Source: Scenedesmus sp. PABB004
Taxonomy: Eukaryota
NCBI GenBank assembly: GCA_014905635.1
Contig: JABVCE010000022.1
Location: 372,001-436,000 of the forward strand
Direction of reading: 5' to 3'
Length of the DNA stretch: 64,000 bases
The notes under the pieces were generated by a model. It was not told the DNA's origin and made no database searches. It was given only the letters and a program-made list of their open reading frames with translations. Below, piece after piece: positions 13,189 to 24,863 of the stretch (position 1 is its first letter; each line of letters starts with the position of its first letter). The translations under genes were made by a program, and so were the position numbers.

Positions 13189-16100
13189 ATGGCGTCAATG
13201 ATGAGCGGCGGGAGCGGTCGTCTCGCGAGCAGTGGCGCGCGGCAGCTGCGCCGGCGGCAGCAGCAGCAGCGGCAGCGGCGCTCGGCGGGGCGGCGGCAGC
13301 AGCGCGGCATCAGCGGCCGGCGGCGGCAGCAGCAGCAGCAGCGGCGGAGGTGGCGGCAGGCGGCAGGCGACGGCGGCAGGCGGCGCCTGCGCACGAACGG
13401 GCAGCTCACGGCGCCGCGACCGCCGCGCCGGCACGCCGCGCAGAAGGAGGCGGTGCACGAGGCGGAGGCGGAGGACGAGACAGTGCTGGCCAGGATGGGC
13501 TACAAGCAGGAGCTCAGCCGGCAGGCGAGTCCTGGCTTGAAGGGGGGTGGGGCAGCTGCTGCCGCCGCCGCCGCCCTCGGCCGCCCGCGCCGCGCGCCGC
13601 GCGCCGCACTTCGCCGCCACGCCGCCGCGTCTGCGTCTGCGTCCGCGTCCGCAGCTGAGTCTGTTCAACTGCTTCGCCACGACCTTCAGCTTCCTCTCCC
13701 CCATCACCGGTGCGCGCCCCGCCGCCGCCCGCCCGCGCCGGCCGCCCTCCGCCCGCGCTGGCCGCCCTCGCCTCGCGCCCACGCGCCCGCCTCCTCCCTC
13801 CTCCTCTCCACGCCTCCTCCCCCCCCCCCCCTCCTCCTGGCCAGGGCTGACCGGCACCTACGTCTTTCTCTGGCTCTACGGCGGCCCGTCAGCGCGGTGT
13901 GGGGCTGGCCGCTCGTGAGCGCCGCAAACTTCATCGTCGGCCTCATTCTTTCAGAGATCTGCAGCGCCATGCCCACCGCCGGCGGGTGGGGCCGCGCGCT
14001 GCGCAGCCGCCGCCTCCACGCGCCGCCGCCCGCCCACCTCTGCCCGCCCGCCCGCCCGCGTCCCGCCGTGCCTCCCGCCCACCTCTGCCCGACCTGCCCC
14101 CCCCCACCCCCCCACCCACCCCCGGCCAGCGTCTACTACTGGTCGCACCACCTCGGCGGCCCCCGCGTGCGCGGCTCGCGTCGTGGTGGGCGGGTTGGTT
14201 CAACCTGCTCGGCCAGATCGGCAGCAGCGCGGGCGTGGCGTACACGAGCGCGCTGCTCATCGGTGCGCACACGCGGCGACCGCGCGGCGGCGGCGGCAGC
14301 GCCGCCGAGCCCGCGCGCGCCAGCGGCAGGCTGGGCGGCGCGCGCCGGCGGCAGGCCGAGCGCCGCGCTGCCCTCCCCCGCCTCCCCCCTGGCGGCCAGG
14401 TGACTTCATCAAGGCCGGCAGCGGCGGCAGCGCCGGCGCGCCCGCGGGTGCGGCGCCCGCGCGCGCCCGCGCGGGGACTGCGCGCGCCGCGCCGCCGCGC
14501 GCGCGCCGCGCCGCCGCGCGCACGCCACGCCGCTGCCTCCCCCGCCACACACACACGCACACACCGCCGCCGCCGCGGCCGGCGGTCAGGCGTGGTGCTG
14601 AGCCAGCCGGCGCTGCTGGGGCTGTACGCCGCCGTCCTCATACTCATCGGCCTCGTCAACACAGTCACCGTGCGCGCGCTCGGCGTCGTCGGGGAGATCT
14701 CGAGTGAGCCCAGGCCGCCCGCCCGCGCACAGGCCGCGCCCAGCCCGCGCCGCGCCGCGCGGCGCGGCGCGGGGGCCTCGGGCGCCGCGCGCGCCGCGCC
14801 CAGCAGGCCGCGCCGTCTCACGTCACGACCTTTAGAATCCTCCCCTCCCCCTAAAACCCTCCCCTCCCTCAAAACCCTGACCCCAAAACCCTCCCGCCGC
14901 CCGCGCCGCGCAGTCTGGTTCCACCTGATCGGCTGCACCGCGTTTGTGGTGCTCCTGCCCGCGCTCGCGCCGACGCACCAGAGCGCGGCGTGGGTGTTCA
15001 CCACGTTTGCGCCAAACACCGCCTACAGCGGCATCGAATCCCTGCCCCTCATGTGCGGCCGGCCGGCGGGGCCTTGCTGGCTGCGCGGTTCATTGAGTTT
15101 TGTTTCGGGTTCAGGGTTTAGGGTCGAGGGTTGAGCCTCTCTGCCGCTGCCTGCCCACGAGCGCGGCGGCGCGCGCACGCGCGCCCACGCGGTCGCAGGT
15201 TCATCCTCTCCCTGCTCGGCTGCCAGTGGGCCATGGTCGGCTACGACGCCGCAAGCCACCTCACAGAGGAGACGCACGCCGCAGACGTGTCGGGTGCGTT
15301 TTCCCGCCGCCCCCGGCGGCGCTGTGCACGCCTGCGCCGCGCCACCCACCCCTAAAAACCCTTGCCCGCTCGCACCCCCTCGCTAAACCCTGTTGCCAGG
15401 CCCGATCGCGATCCTCGCGACGATCGGCTTCGGCTTCCTGCTCGGCATGGCCTTCCTGCTCTCGGTGACCTTCTCCATCCAGGTGGGTGTTCTGAGCGTG
15501 CTGTGCGTGCTGAGTGTGCCGTGTGTGACGTGTGTGATGTGTTTGTGCGTGTGCGGCTCCTCCCGCGCGGCCCTGCCACAGCCCGCCGCCGCACGCGCAA
15601 CACCACCACTCAACCCTGACGCAGGACCCCGCGAGCGTGTCTGGGTCGACGATCAACCCCGTCATGCAGATCGCATGGGACGTCTTCCAGGCCCGGTGCG
15701 CGCGTCGGGCGCGCACGCGGGGCGCCGCGCGGCGCACGCGGGGGGCGCGCGGGGCGCCGCGCGGCGCAACGCCCCGGCGGCGCGCCCTCGCAGCAAGCAG
15801 CCCTCCACGGCGCCGCCGCCGCGCCCCGCCGCCCTGCCCCACACGCGTCTGCGCGCGACCGCGATCGCGCACACAACACGCCCGCTCCCCTCCCCACGCG
15901 CGCCGACAGCTTTGGCAGCGGCCTGGGCGGCCTGGGGCTCATGGTCGTCCCGCTCGCCTGCTCCCTCTTCTGCGGCAACGCCTGCGTCACCTCCACCTCG
16001 CGGTGCGGCGCCGCGGGGGCTGTGAGCGGGGCGCAGCGGGGCCTTGGCTGAGACAGGGGTGTTGAGGGAGGAGGGCTCGAGTGCCCCCGCGGCCCCCGCG

Positions 16101-17327
16101 CCGGCAGTCCTCCCCCCTCACCGCCCGCCCCCCGGCCCACCACACACACACGCACGCGCAGCATGCTGTACGCCTTTGCCCGCGACGGCGCGGTGCCGCT
16201 GAGCGGGTGGTGGACCGTCGTGTCGCCGCGCTTCGAGGCGCCGGTCAACGCCGTGTGGTGCGGGGCGCCCTGCGCCGCCGCGCCGCCCCGCCGCCCGCGC
16301 CCGCGCCCCGCGCGACCCCGCGCGCCGCCCTCCTCTCCCCTCCGCCCCGCAGCCGCCGCCGCTCGTCAGCGCGCCCGCCCCTCCCTCACGCCGCCCGCCC
16401 CACACACCTCCCCCCCCCCCCCCCACACACACACACGCACACACGCGCCAGGTGCATCGTGACGTGCTGCTTTCTGCTCGGCCTGCCGCTACTGTACAGC
16501 TACACGGTCTTTGCCGCCATCACCAGCATCGGCGTCGTGGGGCTATACATCTCGTATTTGGTGCGCCAACCCCCTTGCTGCGGCCGCCGCACGCTGCGCC
16601 CGCCGCATGCTGCGCCCGCATGCTGCGGGCGCCGCGGCGCAGCCGCGCCCGCTGCGCCGCAGCTGCGCCGCGCCCGCCCGCCCACACGCCCACGCCCGTC
16701 CGCCTCTTCCCCCCGCCCAGATCACCATCGGGCTGCGCCTGCTCGCCGACGACGCGTCGTTCACGCGCGGGCCGTTCCACCTCGGGCGCATGAGCAAGCC
16801 CGTCGCGGGCGTCGCGTTCGCCTGGTGCCTCTTCGCCTGCGTCATGTGCGGCTCCGGGGAGGGAGGGAGCTGGGGGCGTGCGCGGGGGGCGGGCGGGCGG
16901 CGGGAGAGGATGGGGCAGCGCGGGGCGGCCCGATGGCGCTGTACGAGCGCGCGCCCGGAGCTCGCGCCGACCCGCCCGCGCGCCGCGCGCCGCGTCGCTG
17001 CAGGTTTGTGCTGCCCCAGGTCCTGCCCGTCACGGCCGCGGTGCGGCGCGCGCCGTGCGCGCGCGGGCGCCGCCCTCGCAGGCGCCGCACGCGCCCACGC
17101 CCCTCCCACGCCCCTCCCGCCCCTCCCCACCGCCCCCCGCGCGCTGACAGAGCCTGAACTATGCGCCCGTGGCCGTGGGCGTGGTGCTCCTGATCAGCGG
17201 CGTCTACTACATCCGCGCGCGCAGCTGGTTTGACGGGCCCCGCAAGACGGTCGACGAGCCGGAGGACCCGTCGTCCAAGGACGTGATGCTGCCGCCCGGC
17301 GGCGGCGCCGGCGCCAAGGTCGAGTGA
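13189..17327 (+). CDS. APC-superfamily amino-acid/GABA permease (BAT1/UGA4-like), many exons
   Basis: VLARMGYKQELSRQ, FNCFATTFSFLSP, GGP..VWGW, SEICSAMPTAG, SVYYWS, GWFNLLGQ, VGYDAASHLTEET, MLYAFARDGAVP, FTRGPFHLG, LNYAPVAVG, SWFDGP; start approximate. Confidence 0.92.
15103..15135 (+). repeat. Degenerate plant-type telomeric heptamers in an intron
   Basis: TTTCGGG TTCAGGG TTTAGGG TCGAGGG TTGAG in exact 7-nt register. Confidence 0.7.
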
Positions 17328-17955
17328 GCGCCGGGGGGGGGGGGGGGCGGCGGCGGCGGGCCCGGGGGCCCGCGGGGCGGGGCGGGGCGGGGCGGGCCGC
17401 TGTGCGCGATGATGGCGCTGGTGATTTGAACGGCGGGGGGATGGCGGGGCGGGATGGGGGGACTCTCTGCGCGTGCGTGCGTCCGTCGGCGCCGCGTGCG
17501 GCGCACGCCGCGGTGCGGGCGCCGTCCTTTCAGCTGCACGCGCGCGCGCGCCGCGCTGGCTGCATCTCTCTGTGCGACGCGGCATGTGAGCACTGCCGCG
17601 CCGGTGCGCCGCGCCCCCCGATTCGCCGCCCTGTGGTGAGTGTGTGCGTGCGTGCCCGCACAGCGGCCCGCGCAGCGGCGGCCCGGCATGGTCGCACTTG
17701 AAGCCTTTCTGACGCCTCGGATGATGCGACGGGACCGTGGCGCCCGCCCGATGAACGTTGTTTTGTGATGTGCCTCCTCGGGCGCGGCGCACGCGCAGGC
17801 GCGGCGCCGTTGACTCGGCTTTGACTCGGGCCGCATGGGGCGCGCGCGGACGGGCAGCGCGGTCGCAGCCCAACTACATGGCTGCGCGCGCACGGCGCAT
17901 GGCGCGCCTGCAACGCAACGCCCGGCCGAGCCTTTCGCTCCGTCCGCGCGCGCGC

Positions 17956-20570
17956 TCACGCCGCGCCCGCGCCGCCGCCAGCCTCGCTGCCGGCCTCGCC
18001 GCCGGCCTCGCCGCTCCCCGCCGCGCGCAGCCAGGCCAGCTGGCGCGCCACCTCGGGCGGCAGCTCCGCCTCGGCGCGCGCCCAGCGCCCAGCCGCGCCG
18101 CCGCGCCGCCCGCCCGCGGCCGCCGCCTCCTCCCACGGCGGCGGCGCCACCCAGCACGCGCCCGACTGCGCAAATTGCAGCGCCGCCAGCAGCGGGGCCA
18201 GGCCGAACTCGTCCTCGTCCTCTACGAAGAAAGCGCGGCCGGTGCGGCCCGCGCCGTGCGGGCAGGCGCGGCGCGCCGCGGCGGCGTCCCCGGCGCGCAC
18301 GCCTGCGGCGATGGCGGCAGCGCGCGTGGGCGGCGGAGGGGTGGCTGCGGTGCCGCCGAGACCAGGCTGGGCTAGAAGCATCCCCCCTCTCCAGCCGCTC
18401 ACCCTTTTTGAAGCGCGCCTCGACCTCACTGGGCGCTGGCAGGGCCAGGCTGATGCTCAGCAGCTTGCCGGGGCGCGCGCCGCCCGCGCCGGGCGCCGCG
18501 CCGCCGCCCGGCGGCGCCTGGCGCGGCCACGGCGGTGGCGCCGCGCCCGGCGGCTGCGGGTCGACCGACCAGGTGCTCGCGGCGGCGTCGATCGCAGCCG
18601 ACGCGGCGTCGCCGCGCCAGCAGGCGCGGGTCACCCGCAGCAGGCCGTCCACCTCCACCTCCAGCCCGCTCCCGGCCAGCGTCACAGCCACGTCCTCCCG
18701 CGCGTCCACCCACCACGGCAGCGCCGCCTCGAGCAGCAGCTCGCGCGCGCTCACGCGCGTCAGGCTGTACGGCGGCGCCGCGCAGCGCGCGCCGTCGCTG
18801 TCGCCCTGCGGCGGCGGCGTGCGCGGCGGCGGTGTGGGCGGGCGCCGCCCGGCGCGCCGCGGCCGCGACGGTGCGCGCCGTGACCGCCGCCGCCGCGCCG
18901 CGCCTCGAAGCACGCGCGCCAGGCCTGCCCCGGCTGGGCCTTGGGCACCACCAGCGCGGCGAGCCGGCCGTCGCCCGACACCCAGCTCGCGGCGCCGGCC
19001 GCCGCGTCGACGCCGCCCGCCCAGGCGCGCGCGAGCACGGGCGCAAAGCCCGCGTGCTGCAGGCGCAGGCCGCCGGGCGTCGCCTCGATGGAGAGCTGCG
19101 GCGGCGCGCTCGTGCCGCCTGCGGGGCGCACGGCGCGCGGGCGGGCGGTTTGCGGCGGCGCGCGGCCGCGCCCCGGTGCGCCGCGGCCGCGCCGGCGCAC
19201 CCGTGGGGAGGTGCACCGCCAGCAGCACCGCGGCAGGCGTCTGGGTCCAGCAGTAGAAGCGCGCCAGCCGCGCGTCGTGGGTGCGGCGCAGCGCGTCGCG
19301 CGCCGCCGGCGCCGCCGTTGCCCACGCGCGCCAGCAGCAGCGGGCGGGTCCGCCGCCGGCGTCGGCGCCGGCGACGGTCAGCGCGCCTGACGCGCCGGCG
19401 GGAACGATGCTGCCGGCGGCGCGCGCCGGGTGCGGCCGCGGCGCCGCGGCCGGCAGCGCAAACGGCGAGCGCGCCGCGCCGGCCGCCGGGGCCTCGGCGC
19501 GGGCGCCGGCGCGCTGCGGGTGCTGCCGCTGCCGCTGCTGCCGCTCCGCGCGCGCCAGCAGGTCCACCACGGCGTCCTGGAACTCCCGCAGCAGGTGCAG
19601 CTCCGCCTGGGGCCTGCGCGGGGCGCGCGGGGGGGCGCCGCAGCGTGGGCCGGCCGCGCTCGAGCGGCGGCGCCGCGGCGGCGCGGGCCTCGCCTGTGGC
19701 CCGGCAGCGCCGCGGTGTGTGCCTCCGCATCTTCCTTGCGCTTCGCCTCCAGCTCCTGCCACCCCAGCGCCTCGACCACCCGCCCCGGCGCGTTGACCAG
19801 CGGCCAGTGCAGCGGCACGGCGCCCTGCGAGCGATCACGCGGGCCAGCGCCCCGCGGTGGCCGTCGGCGCGCGCACGCGGCCGGGACCAGGCCGGCCTGG
19901 TCCCTGGTCCCCGGCGCCGCACCCGCCAGTGCTGGACGCGCGTGCAGAAGCTGCAGATCGGCATGCCGCACACACACGCCTCGGTCGCGGGGCGGCTGCA
20001 GAGCTCGCACACCACGACGAGCTGCCGCGCGGGGTCGGCGTCGCGGCCCGCGCAGCCGCGCAGCAGCGCCGCGAGCAGCGCCGCCTCGGCCGCGCCGCGC
20101 GGGGCGCCGCCCGCGTCACCGTCGCCGGGCGCGCGGCGCGCCGCCGCCGCGGCGCGTGCGCGTCGTAGACCGCGCGCGCGGCGGGGTCGCACAGCACCTC
20201 GTGCGCCGCGCTCAGCGCCGCAAACGCGGGCCCGCTGCCGCCGGGCTTGTCGGGGTGCACCGCGCGCGCGAGCCGGCGGTAGGCCTGCGCGTGGCGCGCG
20301 GCGGGCGCGCGGTCGGCGCGCGCCGGGCGGTCCAGCCAGCCCGCGCAGCCTCCACGCGCCTGCTTCACGTCCGCCGCGCTCGCGCCGCGGCGCAGCCCCA
20401 GCACGGCGTAGTGCCGGGCGCCGTGGTCGGGCGCGCCCGAGGCGGCCAGCACCTGCGGCGGGCGCCGCGGCGGCGCGCTGGCCAGGGCAGCGCAGCGCGG
20501 GCGCGGGCCGCAGCCGCACGTGCGCGGGCCGCACCGCCGCCGCGGCGGCGTTGAGAGCCTGGGGCGCCAT
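17956..20570 (-). CDS. J-domain (DnaJ) protein with Cys/His zinc-finger and two CS/HSP20-like segments
   Basis: HYAVLGLRRGASAADVKQ/AYRRLARAVHPDK (HPD motif); CELCSRPATEACVCGMPICSFCTRVQH..LHW; FYCWTQTPAAVLLAVHLP...VPKAQPGQAW; PYSLT..LLLEAALPWW..DVAVTL..STWSV..LSISL. Confidence 0.8.
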
Positions 20571-21410
20571 GGCCGGAGCGCCTGGCGGCTCGAGGGAAGG
20601 GGGCCGCCGCAGCGCGCGGCCGCTGCTGGCAGCGCAGCGCGCGCGCCGCCGCTGCCGCCGCCGGCGCCGCCGCCGGAGCATGCAAGGCCACCGCCGGCGT
20701 GTGGGAGCTTTTGTGGGACGAGGGTAGCAGGCGAGAGCTGGAGCGCCCGCGTCAGTTCGGGGGGCAGCAGCGCGGTTCGCGTTCAGTCGCCGGCGCGCGC
20801 AGCAGCTCCACTCCAGCCCACGAACGAGGCGCAGGCCCGCGCTCCGCGTTCGTCGCTGCCCCAGTCGCTGCTCGCGCGCCCCGCGTTCCCGGTTGAGCCT
20901 GGCGCCCGCCCCGCGCGGTGAGTGTCCTGCGGTGTGTGGCGCTGCGCACGCCCCGCGGCTCCGCGGCGCCTGGCGCCCGCCCTGCGCCGACAGCAGCAGC
21001 GCCGGCAGCGCCGGCACCACCAACGCGGCGGGAAAGGCCCGCCAGCCCGCGCCCACGGCTCGCGGCAAAGCAGCCGGGATGCCCTGGGCCCCTGCCGGGC
21101 GGCCGCGGGGGCCACCGCTGGCGCGGGGCGGGCAGCGCCCGCCATCGCGCGCCCCCGCGCGCCCCCGCGCCACCCTGGGCCGCCGGCCGCGCATTGACCC
21201 GCCAGACGCTGGCCAGACGCGCCGCGCACGCGCCGCCGCCGCGAGCGGCGCACGACGACCTCCGGCGCCGCCGCCGCTTCCGGCGCGCTGCCCGCGCGAC
21301 GCGCCGGCGCATGCATGGCATGCCGGCCGCCGCGCCTCACCCCGCCGCCGCCGTCGGCCCGCCCCTCCGCCGCAGGCCCTTCTTGCACGCACGCTTCGCG
21401 CAGCAACAGC

Positions 21411-22133
21411 ATGCAGCTCGCCTGCAGGCCCGCGGCGGCGGCGGCCCGGCCCGCGCCGCGCGCGGCGCGGCGCCCCGGCGCGCTGCGCGTGGACGCGACC
21501 GCGGTCCCTGCCTATGTGCCGCCCTCGCCCGGCTCGCTCGACCGCCCCGCGGGCGGCGGCAGCCGCAGCTTCGACCCGCCGCGCAGCAGCGACATCAGCT
21601 ACTGGGGCCCCTCGAGCGACCTCATGCGCCCCTCGGGCGGCGCCAACCGCGGCGCCGTGTTCGCAGCGGCCGCGGCGCCGAGCGACGGCGGGCTCGTGGA
21701 CCGCCCCGGCGGCCGCGGCGGCCGCGGCGACGCGCCGTCGAGCAGCGACGTGCCCCCGCCGGTCGACCCCGCGTCGGCGCGCCCCGGCGGCCGCGGCGGG
21801 CGCGACATGTCGCTCTCCGGCGGCGGCGACGCGCCGTCGGCGCCCGTCAGCCTCGACCGCCCCGGCGGCCGCAGCGGGCGCGGCGGCCCCGGCGGCGGCG
21901 ACGACGGCGGCGCCGGCGGGAGCGGCGGCGGCGGCGGCAGCGGCGGCGACGGCAGCGGCGCCGGCGGCGCCGGCGCCGGCGGCGGCGGCTTTGGCAAGGC
22001 GGTCGGCAGCGTTGCGCTGTACGCGGGCGTGATTGCCGCCGCGTGGGCGGGGCACTCGGCCTTCTTCGCGCCCAAGCCGGAGCCGGCCAAGCCCTGCTGC
22101 GCGGGCAAGGGCAAGGGCAAGGGCAAGAAGTGA
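21411..22133 (+). CDS. Hypothetical plastid-targeted Gly/Arg-rich protein with C-terminal TM helix
   Basis: [27 protein letters not shown] resembles an algal transit peptide; GC3-biased codons; repeated DRPGG(R)GG; hydrophobic AVGSVALYAGVIAAAWAGH followed by a Lys-rich tail. Confidence 0.65.
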   Translation: MQLACRPAAAAARPAPRAARRPGALRVDATAVPAYVPPSPGSLDRPAGGGSRSFDPPRSSDISYWGPSSDLMRPSGGANRGAVFAAAAAPSDGGLVDRPGGRGGRGDAPSSSDVPPPVDPASARPGGRGGRDMSLSGGGDAPSAPVSLDRPGGRSGRGGPGGGDDGGAGGSGGGGGSGGDGSGAGGAGAGGGGFGKAVGSVALYAGVIAAAWAGHSAFFAPKPEPAKPCCAGKGKGKGKK

Positions 22134-22850
22134 GCGCGCCGCGCGCGCGCGCGTGGGAGCGAGCGCGCGGCGCGGCGCGGCGCGGCGCCGAGCAGCGGCC
22201 CGCGCCGCCGCCGCGAGGAGCGGCGCCGTCGGGCGCCGCGAGCGGCGCGCGCGCGTGCGGCCGCCCCGCAGCCGGGGCGCCGCCGCCGCGACACTTGCGG
22301 GCGAGGGGAGGGCGGGCGAGGGGAGGGCGAGGCGGGCGGCGCGGCGCGGTGGCACCCTCGTGCGGCCGCCGGTCCCGCAGTTGTGCTCGGCGGAGGGCGT
22401 TTTTGACGGGCGGCGCATTCACAGCAGAACAGAATCAACACCCGTTGGGGTGCAGGGGCGGCGGGCGACCGCCGCATCATCATCGGCTCGCTCGCTCCGC
22501 GCGGCGGCTGCGCGCGGGCGCCCACGACGGGCGTCGCACTTGCGCGCACCGCAGGGCCCCGCGCGCCGCGCCGCGCGGTGCGCGATCGCTGGTTCAGATT
22601 TTTTCGGCGCGGCAGCAGCAAGGCCGGCGAGCACGAGCGCGTTCAGCGGTGAGCGGCGGGCGCGGCGTCGGCGTCGGCGCCGCCGACTCGGCGGTGGCGG
22701 CACACGCCACTGCGCGGCGCCGTGGGCGCCGGACGTGTGGGTGGTGGTCACACGCCAGCGCGGCCGCGGCTCCCCCAGCCCGCTCGTTCCCGCTCGCTCG
22801 CGTCCGTGCGCCGCCGCGTCCACGCTCGCGCGCGCAGTGAGTGAGCCAGC

Positions 22851-24549
22851 TCACTTGGCGCCTGTGAGCGTGGCCACGATAACGTCCTTGACCTCCCCGC
22901 CCTCGCCCCTGGGCGCCGTCACGACGCCGCACGCCAGCGCCGGGCCCGGCCCGGGCGTCACGACCGCGGTCAGCCGCGCCGGCAGCGGCGTGGGGCGCTT
23001 GAACTCGGTCGACAGGCTCGCGGGCCACTTGTGCACAGAGTAGCCTGCCGCAGCGCGGCGCGGCGGCAGCGCGCGGCGCGGCGGCAGCGCGGTGAGCGAG
23101 CCGCGCCGCCTCCGCAGGCCGGCGCGCCCCGGGCGGCCAGCCGCTCGCACCCGCGTTTGTGAGCTCCGCCTCGAGCCGCGCGACGAGGTACATCGCGTGC
23201 GCGATGGGGCGCGAGAAGCCAAACAGGCGCGCGGTGAGGCCATAGAGGTGGATGGGGTTGCGGTCCCCGCTCAGCGCGCCGTACGACCGCCCCGCGTCGC
23301 CCGGCACCGACAGCGCCGCGAGCGCCTCGCGCGCGGGCGGCGCCGCCTGCGCGGCGGCGGCGTGGTTTGTCAGTGCGGCGCGCCGCGCGTGGCGTGTGGT
23401 GCGGCGAGCGGCGGTGCGGGCCGCGGCGCCGGCACGCACCGCGTCGGCGGCGGGCTTGCCGGGCGCGCCGCCTGCGCTGCGGCGCGCCGCGTGGTTGATG
23501 ACGATAACGGTCAGCGTGTTGCGCCACACCTCCACGCCTGGCGCGCGGCGGCGACCCGGCGCGGCGGTGACGCGGCGCGGCGGGCGGGGCGGAGTGTCAG
23601 GGGCTGGCTGCCTGCGGCGCGCGCGCGCGGCGGCGCGTGGCGGCGCACCGCCGTCGTCGGCGGCGGTGCACACGACGCGGATCTCGGTGTGGCCCTTGGC
23701 GTTGCGCACATAGGTGGGGTCGATGCTCGCGCTGCGGCACGGCACGGCGGCGGCGGCGGCGGCGGCGCGGCGGGGCGGAGCGTCCGACGCGCGGCTGCGC
23801 GGCGGCGGGCTTGGCTGCGCGCGGGGCGCGCGGGGCGCGCGGGGCGCGCGGGGGCGCGCAGGGCGCTGCGGCAGCGGCGGCGGCGGCGGCGCGGGGGCGC
23901 GGCGCGGGGGCGCGCACGTGTATGTGAGTGCCTCGTCGGGCTGGATGGCGCGAGCCATGGTGCTCTCGTTGCGCGCGAGGACGGCGCCGAGGACGTTGAA
24001 GGGGAACGCCCGGTGCGCCATGGCCAGCATGCTCAGCCGGAAGCTCTCAACGAACGGGTATGCCAGCGGCACCTGCGCGCCGCCGCCGCGGTTCAGGGGT
24101 CAGCGCGCGCCGGCGGCGATGGCCCCCGCGTCTGCTGCTGGCGGCCGCCGCGCCGAAGCAGCCGGGCGCGGGCGGGCGCGAGCGGCGCGCGCCTGCTGCG
24201 GCGTGCCCTTGTAGCCGACAAGGCGCAGGAAGGCAGCATAGCGGCGGGCGTTGAACCGCGCCGGCGCCGTGAGCTTGACCTGCGCGCGGCGCGCCGCGCG
24301 CGTCGGCGCCGCCGGCAGCCGCAGCGGCTGCGCCAACCGCCGCCGGCCGCCGACCTCGATGGGCGTGCCCTTGAGGTCCGCGGGCGGCGTCTTGCGCATG
24401 AGCGCGCTGCGCACGATCTGGAGGTACAGGAATCCCAGGCTCGGCCACGTCCGCAGCGTCGCGGGCACCGCCGGCGGCGCCGAGAGCAGCGCGGCCAGCG
24501 CCGCCAGGCCAGTCGCCGCTGCGGCGACGGCGAGCCAGCAGACGTCCAT
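22851..24549 (-). CDS. MaoC-family double-hotdog (R)-specific enoyl-CoA hydratase/dehydratase, multi-exon
   Basis: Hydratase-2 motif YGALSGDRNPIHL..ARLFGFSRPIAHAM; N-terminal half LAYPFV..FPFNVLGAVLARN; C-terminal TEFKRPTPLP; hydrophobic N-terminus. Confidence 0.88.
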
Positions 24550-24863
24550 TGCGGGTCCGCCGAGTCGCAGCCGCAGCGAGGGTGCTGGGATCCGGCGCGC
24601 CGCGCGGGAGCAGCGGCGGCAGCAGCAGCGCCGTTCTGCGCACGGCCCGCCTGCCCGCTGCCGACGCGTCTGGTGGGTGGGGGCTGCGCGGCGCGCGGGC
24701 CCGTCGTCGGCGCGCTGAAGACTGGAGACAGAGCGCGCCGGCGGCTGCGGTCGACGCGGATCGCGGCGCTGTGCGGCGGTTTGCCAAACCAGAACCGCCC
24801 CGCGGCGCCGCCCTCGACGCTCAACTCTCAACGCGCCCCCAACGCCGCCGCCATCAACCGCCC

